Source: an uncultured Candidatus Rokubacteria bacterium (GTDB taxonomy: Bacteria; Methylomirabilota; Methylomirabilia; Rokubacteriales; DASRDR01). Taken from it: a DNA stretch of 64,000 bases. A program made the position numbers and the translations under genes. The DNA lies in assembly GCA_963708025.1 (NCBI GenBank), contig CAVPSB010000014.1:503271-567270 (forward strand), in the 5' to 3' direction. Positions 32,240 to 43,470 of the stretch are shown here, one piece after another; the stretch's first letter is position 1, and each line of letters opens with the position of its first letter. Below the pieces are notes generated by a model. The model was not told the origin of the DNA, did not search any database, and saw only the letters and a program-made list of their open reading frames with translations.

Positions 32240-32375
32240 TGGCGGCTCCTCTCCCCTCCCCCCTCGGGGTGGGAGGGGTCGCCACGGGCCGAAGGCCGTC
32301 GAACGGTGCGGGGGGCCCCGCCACCGGAGGGGTGCGACGTCCCGAGGGGCTGCAGTCCCGAGGCGTCGCGGCGAG
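32240..32375. repeat. Intergenic repeat related to family A modules
   Basis: ctcccctccccc..ggggtgggagggg and gacgtcccgaggggctgcagtcccgaggcgtc, resembling the long-unit insert at 34.3-34.7 kb. Confidence 0.5.
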
Positions 32376-32379
32376 ACGA

Positions 32380-32691
32380 ATGACTGAGCTGGAGGAGGCG
32401 GTCGAGGCGCATGCCCGCCGCGTCGTGGCGGGCGACGCGAACACCGGGGCCGATCTGGCGCCGAGCGCGGAGATCGAGCCCCCGGACCTCTTCGAGAGGC
32501 TCCTCGCCGGCGGCTTTCGCGACTTCGATCTGGTCGCCCACGCGCGGATCGGCGCCTATCACATCGTCAAGACCCGGTACCGCGGTCCGACGACGCTGGT
32601 CGTCCAGGAGCGGTGGGTACGCGGCGGCGACGGACACTGGCGGGTTCACGAGGCCGTGCTCGTCCGGGTCGCCTCCGGGGACGCCGGGTAG
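32380..32691 (+). CDS. Small hypothetical protein, possibly NTF2/SnoaL-like
   Basis: ELEEAVEAHARRVVAGD...VQERWVRGGDGHWRV; stop overlaps the accC-like start. Confidence 0.6.
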   Translation: MTELEEAVEAHARRVVAGDANTGADLAPSAEIEPPDLFERLLAGGFRDFDLVAHARIGAYHIVKTRYRGPTTLVVQERWVRGGDGHWRVHEAVLVRVASGDAG

Positions 32692-34076
32692 TGTTCCGGA
32701 CGGTGCTGGTCGCCAACCGGGGTGAGATCGCGGTCCGGATCATCCGGGCCTGCCGGGCCCTCGGCGTTCGCGCGGTGGCCGTCTACTCGGACGCCGACGC
32801 CGGCGCGATCCACGTCCGGGCCGCGGACCAGGCCGTTCACCTGGGGCCGGCGCCGGCGGCTCAGAGCTACCTGGCCATCGAGCGGGTGCTGGACGCGGCA
32901 CGGGCTTCCGGGGCCGAGGCCATCCATCCGGGGTACGGGTTTCTCTCCGAGAACTGGCGCTTCGCCGACGCCTGCCGGGCGGCCGGCCTGGTGTTCGTGG
33001 GCCCGCCAGCCGAGGTCATCCGGGCGATGGGGGAGAAGACGGAGGCGCGGCGGCGGATGGCCGCCGCCGGCGTGCCGGTCCTGCCCGGCTCGGACGGGCC
33101 GGTGGCGGACGTCGACGAGGCGAAGTCGGTGGCGGCGGCCGTGGGGTACCCCGTGATGCTCAAGGCCGCCGCGGGCGGCGGCGGCATCGGCATGGCCCTG
33201 GTGCCGGACGCGGGCCGGCTGGAGGCCGCCTTCGGGGCGGCGCGGCGCCGGGCCGAGTCGGCCTTCGGGAACGGCGCCGTCTACGTGGAGCGGGCCCTGG
33301 AGGCGCCCCGGCACGTCGAGGTCCAGGTCCTCGCCGACGAGCACGGGATGCTCGTCCACCTTCACGAGCGGGATTGCTCGATCCAGCGTCGGCACCAGAA
33401 GCTCGTCGAGGAGAGTCCGGCCCCCGGCCTGCCCGATGGCTTGCGGGCGCGGCTCCACGACGCGGGGGTGCGGGCCGCCCGGGCGACGGACTACCGGAAC
33501 GCGGGGACGGTGGAGTTCCTCGTCGAGGGCGATGCCTTCCACTTCCTGGAGATGAACACGCGACTCCAGGTCGAGCACCCGGTCACCGAGGAGGTGACCG
33601 GCCTCGACATCGTCCAGGCCCAGCTCCGGGTCGCGGCCGGGGAGTCGCTCGGCTGGCGTCAGGCCGACATCCGGCCCCACGGAGCGGCCATCGAGTGCCG
33701 GGTCTACGCCGAGGACCCGGAGCGCGGATTCCTCCCGTCGCCGGGGACGATCACGGGGCTCGAGCTGCCCGCCGGACCGGGCATCCGCTGGGAGTGTGGC
33801 GTCGAGGCCGGCAGCGTGGTCTCCGTCCACTACGACCCGTTGCTCGCCAAGGTCATCGCCGCTGGCGCCGATCGTGCCCAGGCGATCGAGCGGCTGCGGG
33901 CGGCGCTGGCCGGCTGCCGGATCGAGGGGGTCCGGACGACGGTGCCAGTCCACCAGCGGATCCTGGCCAGCGAGGGATTCCGGAGCGGAGCCGTTCACAC
34001 GCGGTTTCTGGAGAGATCCTTGATGGGTCGAGCCGAGGGGGCCAGCCTCCCGGCCGGGAGCGAAAGGGGGCGCTGA
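32691..34076 (+). CDS. Biotin carboxylase subunit
   Basis: VLVANRGEIAVR, HPGYGFLSEN, GGGGIGM, RDCSIQRRHQK, EMNTRLQVEHPVTE. Confidence 0.95.
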   Translation: MFRTVLVANRGEIAVRIIRACRALGVRAVAVYSDADAGAIHVRAADQAVHLGPAPAAQSYLAIERVLDAARASGAEAIHPGYGFLSENWRFADACRAAGLVFVGPPAEVIRAMGEKTEARRRMAAAGVPVLPGSDGPVADVDEAKSVAAAVGYPVMLKAAAGGGGIGMALVPDAGRLEAAFGAARRRAESAFGNGAVYVERALEAPRHVEVQVLADEHGMLVHLHERDCSIQRRHQKLVEESPAPGLPDGLRARLHDAGVRAARATDYRNAGTVEFLVEGDAFHFLEMNTRLQVEHPVTEEVTGLDIVQAQLRVAAGESLGWRQADIRPHGAAIECRVYAEDPERGFLPSPGTITGLELPAGPGIRWECGVEAGSVVSVHYDPLLAKVIAAGADRAQAIERLRAALAGCRIEGVRTTVPVHQRILASEGFRSGAVHTRFLERSLMGRAEGASLPAGSERGR

Positions 34077-34080
34077 GTCG

Positions 34081-34296
34081 ATGCCGGAGGAAGTGCGAGC
34101 GCACATCACGGGGGTGGTCTTCCAGGTCGTAGCGTCGGCCGGCACCAGGGTGGGGGCAGGGGACCCGATCCTGATCCTCGAGTCGATGAAGATGGAGATC
34201 CCGGTCGAGGCGCCCCGTGCCGGGGTGGTGCAGGCGATCCGGGTCGCCGAGGGCCAGACGGTGCAGGAAGGGGACGTCGTCGCGCTCCTCGACTGA
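34081..34296 (+). CDS. Stand-alone biotin carboxyl carrier protein
   Basis: LESMKMEIPVEAP biotinylation motif. Confidence 0.93.
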   Translation: MPEEVRAHITGVVFQVVASAGTRVGAGDPILILESMKMEIPVEAPRAGVVQAIRVAEGQTVQEGDVVALLD

Positions 34297-34907
34297 GAGC
34301 GTGTGAAGAACTGGGTTCTCCGACTCCCCCTCCCCCCGGTGGCCGCCGGAGGGCGGGACGTCGCGAGGGCCGCAGGCCCGAGCCGTCCCGGCGATCCGGT
34401 CAAACGGAGGGGGGTTGGGGGGGCGGGAGGTCCGGAACCGAGGGCAGGTGCGGCGGGCAGCTCTTCCGACTCCCCCCTCCCCCCGGTGGCCGCCGGAGGG
34501 CGAGACGTCGCGAGGGCCGCAGGCCCGAGCCGTCCCGGCGATCCGGTCAAACGGAGGGGGGTTGGGGGCGGGAGGTCCGGAACCGAGGGCAGGTGCGGCG
34601 GGCAGCTCTTCCGACTCCCCCCTCCCCCCGGTGGCCGCGGAGGGCGAGACGTCGCGAGGGCCACAGGCCCGAGCCGTCCCGGCGATCCGGTCAAACGGAG
34701 GGGGTTGGGGCGGGAGGTCCGGAACCGAGGGCAGGTGCGGCGGGCAGCTCTTCCGACTCCCCCCTCCCCCCCGGTGGGTGGGGGAGGGGGGTTGGGGGGC
34801 GGGCGGAGGTCCGGAACCGAGGGCAGGTGCGGCGGGCAGCTCTTCCGACTCCCCCCTCCCCCGGTGGGTGGGGGAGGGGGGTTGGGGGGGCGGGCGGGAG
34901 GTCCCGA
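34294..34907 (+). repeat. Tandem array of family A repeat: three ~145-bp units plus two shorter units
   Basis: TCCGACTCCCCC unit starts near 34319, 34465, 34610, 34752 and 34844; constant linker ggaggtccggaaccgagggcaggtgcggcgggcagctct. Confidence 0.93.
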
Positions 34908-36461
34908 ATGTCCATGCGGGAGCTGGTCGAGGAGCTGAACCGCCGCCGCGCGCGGGTGGCCGAGCTTGGCGGAGCCGCCGCCGTCGCCCGGCAGCACGAG
35001 GCGGGCAAGCTGACGGCTCGCGAGCGGCTAGCCCTCCTGTTCGATGCCGGCAGCGTCGTCGAGCTCGGCACCCACGCGACCCACCACGCCGACCATCCGT
35101 CCATGGCCGGCCGCGAGACGCCGGCCGACGGCGTGGTCACCGGGTTCGGCCGGATCGACGGCCGGCCGGCGTGCTTCATCGCTTACGACTTCACCGTGAT
35201 GGCCGGCTCGATGGGGCGGACCGGAGAGACGAAGTGCGCGCGGGTTCGCGAGATGGCCCTGACCCAGCGCGTCCCCCTCGTCTGGCTGATCGACTCGGCC
35301 GGGGCGCGCATCCAGGAAGCCGCCGGTGGCGGCTGGTTCGCCTCCTCGGGGTACCTGTTCCGCGACGAGGTCATCCTGTCGGGGGTGGTGCCGCTCGTGG
35401 CCGCCATGATGGGGCCGGGGGTCGCCGGGACGGCCTACATCCCGGGGCTCGCCGACTTCGTCCCGATGGTCAAGGGGACGAGTCACATGGCGCTCGGCGG
35501 GCCGCCGCTGGTGAAGGCGGTCGTGGGGGAAGACGTGGACCCCGAGGAGCTGGGCGGCTCCCGCGTGCACACCGAGATCTCCGGGGTGGCCGACCTCGAG
35601 GTGGCGGACGACGCCGCCTGTCTCCAGGCCGTCAAGGACTACCTCTCCTACTTCCCGTCCTCGAACCTGGCGCCGCCGCCCGATCGGGTCACGGACGACC
35701 CGGCGGACCGCCGGGACGAGGCGCTCCTCGACGTGGTGCCGGAGAGCCCGCGGCGGGCCTACGACATGCACGGGGTGATCGAGCGGATCGTGGACCACGG
35801 GCGCTTCTTCGAGCTGAAGCCGACCTGGGCGAGGAACCTGATCGTCGGGCTGGCCCGCCTGGGCGGCCACAGCGTGGGCCTGGTGGCCAGCCAGCCGCTC
35901 CACCTGGGCGGGGCCCTCGACGTCAACGCCGCGGACAAGGCGGCCCGGTTCATCATGCTCTGCGACGCGTTCAACGTCCCGCTGGTGTTCCTGCAGGACG
36001 TGCCCGGATTCATGGTCGGCTCGAAGGTCGAGCGGGAGGGAATCATCCGTCACGGGGCGAAGATGCTGTACGCGGTGGCGGAGGCGACCGTGCCGAAGCT
36101 CACCGTGGTGGTGCGAAAGGCCTATGGCGCAGGGTACTACGTGATGTGCGGCCGCGCCTACGAGCCGGACCTGATCGTCGCCTGGCCAACCGCGGAGATC
36201 TCGGTGATGGGGCCGGAGGGCGCGGTCAACATCATCTTCCGGAAGCAGATCGGGGGGGCGGCCGACCCCGAGGGGGAGCGCCGGCGGTTGATCGAGGAGT
36301 TCCGGCGGATGATCGGTCCCTACGTCTCCGCCGGCCACGCCCACATCGACGACGTCATCGATCCCCGGGAGACGCGCCCGACGCTCATCCGCGGGCTCGA
36401 GCTGGCGCGCGGCAAGCGGGTCGAGCGGCCCTGGAAGAAGCACGGCGTGATGCCGGTCTGA
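34908..36461 (+). CDS. Acyl-CoA carboxylase carboxyltransferase (beta) subunit
   Basis: GKLTARERL, PADGVVTG, DFTVMAGSMG, DSAGARIQE, DVPGFMVG, RKAYGAG, KKHGVMPV. Confidence 0.95.
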   Translation: MSMRELVEELNRRRARVAELGGAAAVARQHEAGKLTARERLALLFDAGSVVELGTHATHHADHPSMAGRETPADGVVTGFGRIDGRPACFIAYDFTVMAGSMGRTGETKCARVREMALTQRVPLVWLIDSAGARIQEAAGGGWFASSGYLFRDEVILSGVVPLVAAMMGPGVAGTAYIPGLADFVPMVKGTSHMALGGPPLVKAVVGEDVDPEELGGSRVHTEISGVADLEVADDAACLQAVKDYLSYFPSSNLAPPPDRVTDDPADRRDEALLDVVPESPRRAYDMHGVIERIVDHGRFFELKPTWARNLIVGLARLGGHSVGLVASQPLHLGGALDVNAADKAARFIMLCDAFNVPLVFLQDVPGFMVGSKVEREGIIRHGAKMLYAVAEATVPKLTVVVRKAYGAGYYVMCGRAYEPDLIVAWPTAEISVMGPEGAVNIIFRKQIGGAADPEGERRRLIEEFRRMIGPYVSAGHAHIDDVIDPRETRPTLIRGLELARGKRVERPWKKHGVMPV

Positions 36462-36468
36462 GAACGTC

Positions 36469-36610
36469 AGGGCGGTTTCGGAAGACCTCCCCGATGCCCC
36501 CCTCGGAGGCCGCGGCGATGCCGCGGCTCGAGGTGGAACGCCAGGGCCGAGCGACTGAGCCGGTGGGTGCGAGAAGCGGATGGGCAACGGGCACGAGAGC
36601 CGCGGCACCT
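36469..36610 (+). repeat. Family B repeat copy
   Basis: Homologous to the reverse complement of 12066-12215; lies between convergent genes. Confidence 0.8.
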
Positions 36611-36720
36611 CTTCGCGGGCTCTGAGCCCGAGGTGCCGCGCCCCCTCGGTCGGAGCGAGAACGGCCGGCCCGCCGCGCGGCGAGCCGGCCGTTCGTGGCG
36701 CCGGGCCGGTGGCCTGGCGC

Positions 36721-38292
<1,572 letters not shown>

Positions 38293-38498
38293 GGCCACCT
38301 TCCTCTACTCTCTCGTTGGTTCCCGGGTCTGCCCTCCATGAGACGGTCGGGGCGCGAGAAAAGTTTCCGCACCGTGTCATTTCGGATCCGCCCGTGACGG
38401 ACCCGGAGCGGCGAGTCGCAACTGCCCGTGCGCGCAGGCCGAACCGATTCCCGGATCGGCCCGATGCGCCCGGGCCCCAGGACCCATCCACCGGGACT

Positions 38499-38514
38499 TG
38501 CAAAAGGCTGGCCT
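38499..38514 (-). promoter_or_regulatory. Possible sigma-54 promoter upstream of the sigma-70 gene
   Basis: AGGCCAGCCTTTTGCA fits GG-N10-GC with TTGCA. Confidence 0.4.
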
Positions 38515-38931
38515 TGGTCGTCGGCGCCACCCTCCCCGTGCTATGATCCGCAGCCGGGGCCCATGCGTGAGGAGATCGCCGCGGCTCGTTCGGAACCGCC
38601 GCTGGTTCGTGGATGCCGGAACCGCCTGTATCGACAGGCATTTGACACCTAATCTGCCGCGACGTGCTCCGCTAGGTCATGGTCCAGGGCAACCGCTTCC
38701 GGATCGGGAGGGCCCGACCGGGGTCCCAGCCGAAACGCCCCCCTGTCGTAATCACGACAGGGGGCCCCTGGGTCACAGGGCGTACGTCCCCATGCACAGG
38801 GACGGCCCAGTCGACGAGCCGGGCGCGGCCGAGCGTGCCGGTCGCTTCGGGGGGATCCGCGCCTGGGTGCGTGAGCGGGCCGCCATGACGACGCCGGGTC
38901 GGCTGCGGCGCGCCCCGTCGGCGGGAGACGT

Positions 38932-40212
38932 CTGATCCGCGCGCCGCTGACGCGCCTCACGGCCGAGGAGGCCGTAGGCCTCCTCCGTCCGGGGATGTAC
39001 GTGCTCCTGCCGCCCGGCTGCGCCGAGCCGCCGACCCTCATCGAGGAGCTGGTCCGCCAGGCGTCGCGGCTCCGCCCCCTGACCCTCATGGGTGGGCTGC
39101 TCCTCGGGGACTATCCATTCTGTGCTCCGGAGCTGGGCGACGCCTTCCGCTGGGCGACGTTCCACATCATGCCCGGCCTCCGGGACGCCATGCGGCGCGG
39201 GCGGGTCGAGTTCCTGCCGATCCGGTACTTCGACACGCTGGCGGTGTTCGGGCCCGGCGGGCCCTGGGCGGCCGACGCGGTCCTCGTCCACACCGCCCCT
39301 CCCGACGATGCGGGGCGACTGTCGCTCGGCGTCTCGACCAGCTACCCGCTGGCCCTGGCCCGAACCGCCCCCCTCGTCATCGCCGAGGTCAACCGCCGGA
39401 TGCCGCGCACGCTGGGAGACAGCGGACTGCCCGCGGACCGGGTGGCGGCCGCGGTCGAGACGGATCGGCCTCTGCGGCCGTACCCGTCGCCGCCGGTCGG
39501 TGAGGTCGAGCGTCGCATCGCCGCCCACGTGTCCGAGCTGATCCCCGATGGCGCCACCCTCCAGATCGGGATCGGCGCCGTGCCCGAGGCCGTCGTCGGC
39601 GTCCTCGGTGATCGGCGGGACCTCGGGGTGCACTCGCTGCTGGTGGACGCGATGCTGCCCCTCGTCACCCGGGGCAGCATCACCAACGCCCGGAAGAGCC
39701 GGAACCCGGGGCGAATGGACCTGGGCGAGATCATGGGGACCGACCCGCTCTTCCGCTTCGTCCACGAGAACCCGGTGGTGAACATGGAGCCGTCTTCTCG
39801 GATCCACAACCCGCGGGTGGTTGCCACGCTCGAGCGTTTCGTGTCGATCAACTCGGCGATCGAGGTGGATCTGACCGGGCAGGTGAACGCCGAGTCCATG
39901 GGTGACCGGCAGGTGGCCGGGGTGGGCGGGCAGTTCGACTTCGTCGAGGGCGCCTACTGGGCGCCGGGGGGACGCTCGGTGATCGCCCTCCCGTCCACGG
40001 GACGGGAGGGAGCAGTCTCGCGTATCGTGACCCGGCTCGGCAGCGGCGCCCGGGTGACGACACCCCGCCACCTGACCGACTGCGTGGTGACCGAGTTCGG
40101 CCGCGCCGAGCTCCGGGGCCGGAGTGTCGAGCAGCGGGCTCGCGCCCTCATCGGCCTCGCCCACCCGCGATTTCGAGAGCAGCTCGAGCGCGAGTGGCGG
40201 GCGATGAATTGA
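38932..40212 (+). CDS. Acetyl-CoA hydrolase / 4-hydroxybutyrate CoA-transferase family
   Basis: IAEVNRRMPRT, DGATLQIGIG, INSAIEVDLTGQVNAES, GVGGQFDF, VVTEFGRA; start is either CTG 38932 (after GGGAG) or ATG 38995. Confidence 0.9.
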   Translation: MIRAPLTRLTAEEAVGLLRPGMYVLLPPGCAEPPTLIEELVRQASRLRPLTLMGGLLLGDYPFCAPELGDAFRWATFHIMPGLRDAMRRGRVEFLPIRYFDTLAVFGPGGPWAADAVLVHTAPPDDAGRLSLGVSTSYPLALARTAPLVIAEVNRRMPRTLGDSGLPADRVAAAVETDRPLRPYPSPPVGEVERRIAAHVSELIPDGATLQIGIGAVPEAVVGVLGDRRDLGVHSLLVDAMLPLVTRGSITNARKSRNPGRMDLGEIMGTDPLFRFVHENPVVNMEPSSRIHNPRVVATLERFVSINSAIEVDLTGQVNAESMGDRQVAGVGGQFDFVEGAYWAPGGRSVIALPSTGREGAVSRIVTRLGSGARVTTPRHLTDCVVTEFGRAELRGRSVEQRARALIGLAHPRFREQLEREWRAMN

Positions 40213-40215
40213 GGG

Positions 40216-40446
40216 TCAGCGCGCCTGACGCTTCCGGATCTCGGCGAAGACCTCGTCGTTGGTCGGGAACCGAAACGTCTTGTCTTTCGAGTAAACGACC
40301 TCGCCATCGACCTCGACGTCGAAGATGCCGCTATGGCCACCCGTCAGGTCAGCCGTCACCCCGAACTCGTTCTTGATTGCGGCCTGCAAACTGGAGGCCT
40401 GGGGGGTATAGTCTCATTCCAGGCAATACGTGATCTGGATTCGCAT
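40216..40446 (-). CDS. SelW/SelT/SelH (Rdx) family selenoprotein, 76 aa, Sec at codon 11
   Basis: MRIQITYCLE-U-DYTPQASSLQAAIKNEFGVTADLTGGHSGIFDVEVDGEVVYSKDKTFRFPTNDEVFAEIRKRQAR*; strong RBS; TGA at 40414-40416. Confidence 0.9.
40381..40399 (-). promoter_or_regulatory. Bacterial SECIS-like hairpin
   Basis: GGCCU-C-CA-GUU-UG-C-AGGCC starting 15 nt after the UGA, with G first in the apical loop. Confidence 0.65.
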
Positions 40447-40622
40447 CTCCTCTCACCTCCCTCCGGCAAGGAGCGTGACTCCGCGGTCATGATACCAGAC
40501 TGGCACCGGGGTCCCGGTCCACCATTTCGACGCCAGGACGGGGTTGAAGGATGCGGGTCGGTGGGGCACTACGGGCCAGCCAAAGCGCCGGTCGGGGCCC
40601 GCCGGTCGAAAAGGGGGGTGGG

Positions 40623-41054
40623 GTGGCGACGCCAGGGGATCATCCGAGCTACCTCGAGATCCGGTGGGACGTCGAGAAATGGATGCTGTTGCGGCTCACG
40701 AACTTCGGGAGCCAGCTCTCCTTCGGTCCGGGCGATCCCATCATCCAGGAGGGCGAGGCGGGGGACGGACTCTACCTCATCCTGTCCGGCAGCGCCCAGG
40801 TGCTGCGACCGGTGCCGGGAGGCGAGTCCCGGCTGCTGGCCACGCTGGGTCCGTTCCGGTCGTTCGGGGAGATCTCCTTGCTGGTGGATCAGCCGCGGTC
40901 CGCCACGGTGATCGCCAGCACCGCCCTCCGCTGTGTCAAGCTGAGTCGGAGCCAGCTCGAGCTGGTCGAGGAAAAGGAGCCCAAGCTCGCCCTCCGTCTC
41001 TATCGGCTCGTCGCCGAATCGCTCGCGCGCAGCCTCCTCGGCTCGTCGTCGTGA
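40623..41054 (+). CDS. Stand-alone cyclic-nucleotide-binding domain protein
   Basis: IIQEGEAGDGLYLILSG, FGEISLLVDQPRSATV. Confidence 0.85.
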   Translation: MATPGDHPSYLEIRWDVEKWMLLRLTNFGSQLSFGPGDPIIQEGEAGDGLYLILSGSAQVLRPVPGGESRLLATLGPFRSFGEISLLVDQPRSATVIASTALRCVKLSRSQLELVEEKEPKLALRLYRLVAESLARSLLGSSS

Positions 41055-41129
41055 CCGTGGGCCGCCGGCCATGATCACCCCGCGCCGGTCGCCGCCGCGG
41101 CCGCTGGCTCGACCCCGGCTCCGTTCCTG

Positions 41130-42077
41130 ATGCCCCGCGTCCTGGTCATCGGCAGCAGCAACCTGGACTTCACCGTCACGGTGCCGCGCCTGCCGCAGCC
41201 GGGGGAGACCGTCTCCGGGGGACAGCTCGGCATGTCGGCCGGCGGCAAGGGGGCGAATCAGGCGGTGGCGGCCCGCCGGCTCGGCGCGGAGGTCCGTTTC
41301 TTGACCCTGCTCGGAGCCGACCCGATGGGCGATCGCGTCCAGGCCACGCTGACCGCGGCCGGGTTGCCGTCCGAGGGATTGCTGCGCACGAAAGACGCGC
41401 CGACCGGCGTCGCTCTCATCGCCGTGGACCCGGAGGGCCGGAACCAGATCGCCGTCGCCCCCGGCGCCAACCATCTCCTGACGCCCGAGCGGGTCGCCGA
41501 GCACGCCGATGCCGTGGCCTGGGCCGACGTGATCCTGCTGCAGCTCGAGACCCCGATCGAGACCGTCCGGTGGGCGCTGGGAGAGGCGCGCCGAGTGGGC
41601 CGGCGCACCGTGCTCAACCCGGCGCCGGCCCGCGTCCTGCCACTTCCGAGTGACCTCCTGCCGCTGGTCGACTACCTCACTCCCAACGAGACGGAGGCGG
41701 CGCTCCTCACCGGCGCTGGCGTGGAGGGGATCGAGGGGGCGCAGGCGGCGGGACGGCGCCTGGTGGCCATGGGGGTGGGTGCGGCAGTCGTCACCCTGGG
41801 AGCGCGGGGCGCGGTGCTCACCCGGGCCGACGCCTGCATCCATGCTCCGGGCTTCGCCGTCTCAGCAATAGACACGGTCGGGGCGGGGGACGCTTTCAAC
41901 GGGGCGCTGGCGACGCTGCTGGCGGCCGGGGCGTCCGTCGAGGACGCGCTGGTGGTGGCGAACGCGGCGGGCGCATTGACCTGCACCCGGCGGGGCGCGG
42001 TCGAGGCCATTCCGGTGCGGGCCGAGGTGGAGACGCTGCTCACACGGGAGAACAGATGGCCGAGCGTCCGGTGGTAG
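41130..42077 (+). CDS. rbsK: Ribokinase
   Basis: GSSNLD, GGKGANQAVAA, LLQLE, NPAPA, PNETEA, DTVGAGDAF. Confidence 0.93.
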   Translation: MPRVLVIGSSNLDFTVTVPRLPQPGETVSGGQLGMSAGGKGANQAVAARRLGAEVRFLTLLGADPMGDRVQATLTAAGLPSEGLLRTKDAPTGVALIAVDPEGRNQIAVAPGANHLLTPERVAEHADAVAWADVILLQLETPIETVRWALGEARRVGRRTVLNPAPARVLPLPSDLLPLVDYLTPNETEAALLTGAGVEGIEGAQAAGRRLVAMGVGAAVVTLGARGAVLTRADACIHAPGFAVSAIDTVGAGDAFNGALATLLAAGASVEDALVVANAAGALTCTRRGAVEAIPVRAEVETLLTRENRWPSVRW

Positions 42078-42141
42078 AGGGCGGGTGATGACGGGGCGGG
42101 TACCCTGGCGGAGGACGCCGGCTCGGGCGGGGAGCCGGCCG

Positions 42142-43440
42142 ATGAGCGCGCCCGACCGGTCTCGCCTGCACTACGGCTGGGTCGTCCTGGGCACGGTGAC
42201 CTTGCTGCTGCTCGCCGCCTCGGGCGTGCGGTCTTCCTTCGGCGTCTTCATCAAGCCGATGGAGGCCGAGTTCGGCTGGGACCGCACCTCGATGTCGGTG
42301 GTGGCGGCCCTGTCCCTGTTCCTGTACGGCGCGGTGGGGCCGTTCGTCGGTCGGCTGGCCGACCGCTTCGGGCCCCGTGGTGTCCTGGCCGCCTCCGCCG
42401 TGCTGATCGGCGCGGGCACCATCGGGGCCGCCTCCGTGGTCACCCTCTGGCAGCTCTACTTCACGGTGGGGATCATCACGGCCCTGGGCGCCGGCGGCAT
42501 CGCGCCGGCGGTGGCGGCGTCGGTGGCCGCCCGGTGGTTCGACACGCGGCGCGGGCTCGTCCTCGGGATCGCGGGCGGCGGTATGGCCGCCGGCCAGCTC
42601 CTGATCGTCCCGCTGGCCATGGCGCTGACGGTGTCGTGGGGCTGGCGCTGGACCTTCGTCGTCCTCGGCGCCGGGTTCCTGCTCCTGATCGTGCCGCTGG
42701 CGCTGGCCCTCATCCGGAACGACCCGCGGGAGGTCGGGCTCGCCCCGTACGGGGCCGCCAAGGGCGCCATCCCGAAGACCGACCGGGAGATGGCGGCGGA
42801 GCGCACCGGCTTCGGCCAGGCGGTCCGGACGCTGCCGTTCTGGCTCCTGGCCGGGAGCTTCTGGGTCTGCGGCTACACGACCTCGGGTCTGGTGCTGACC
42901 CACCTCATTCCTCACGCGACCGAGCACGGGTTCCACGCGACCCAGGCGGCCCAGGCCCTCGGCATCATGGGTGCGCTCAACGTGGTCGGCACGCTGCTGT
43001 CGGGATGGATCTGTGACCGGTTCGGCCAGAAGGTTCCGCTGGCCGGCTACTACTTTCTTCGAGGGCTCTCCCTCATCTTCCTGCCGTACGTGGGGACGTT
43101 GGCGGGGCTCTTCGCGTTCGCGGCGATCTTCGGGCTCAACTACATCTCGACGGTGCCGGCGACGACGGCACTCACCGCCAGGATCTACGGCCGCTACTCG
43201 GTCGGGGAGCTGTCCGGCTGGATCTTCTTCTCCCACCAGCTCGGCTCGGCGTTCGGATCGCTGGCCGGCGGCTATCTCTACGATCGCTTCGGGAACTACA
43301 CCATCGCCTTCCACTCCGCCGCCGCGATGGCGTTCGTCGCGACCGCGCTGGTGCTGGCCATCCGCGAGCAGCCGCTGGCCGGTCGGCCCACCGCGCCGCT
43401 GGCCGCGCCCCGCCCGATCCCGTCGCCGGCCAGCTCCTGA
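42142..43440 (+). CDS. MFS transporter
   Basis: About 12 TMs, GRLADRFGPR, WFDTRRG, GWICDRFG. Confidence 0.92.
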   Translation: MSAPDRSRLHYGWVVLGTVTLLLLAASGVRSSFGVFIKPMEAEFGWDRTSMSVVAALSLFLYGAVGPFVGRLADRFGPRGVLAASAVLIGAGTIGAASVVTLWQLYFTVGIITALGAGGIAPAVAASVAARWFDTRRGLVLGIAGGGMAAGQLLIVPLAMALTVSWGWRWTFVVLGAGFLLLIVPLALALIRNDPREVGLAPYGAAKGAIPKTDREMAAERTGFGQAVRTLPFWLLAGSFWVCGYTTSGLVLTHLIPHATEHGFHATQAAQALGIMGALNVVGTLLSGWICDRFGQKVPLAGYYFLRGLSLIFLPYVGTLAGLFAFAAIFGLNYISTVPATTALTARIYGRYSVGELSGWIFFSHQLGSAFGSLAGGYLYDRFGNYTIAFHSAAAMAFVATALVLAIREQPLAGRPTAPLAAPRPIPSPASS

Positions 43441-43470
43441 ACGCCCAGGGTCCCTGGCCGGCTCGTTCAC

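Noticed and set aside
34294-34907. CRISPR array
   Set aside because: Units are near-identical throughout, with no unique spacers; they are too long and no cas genes are present
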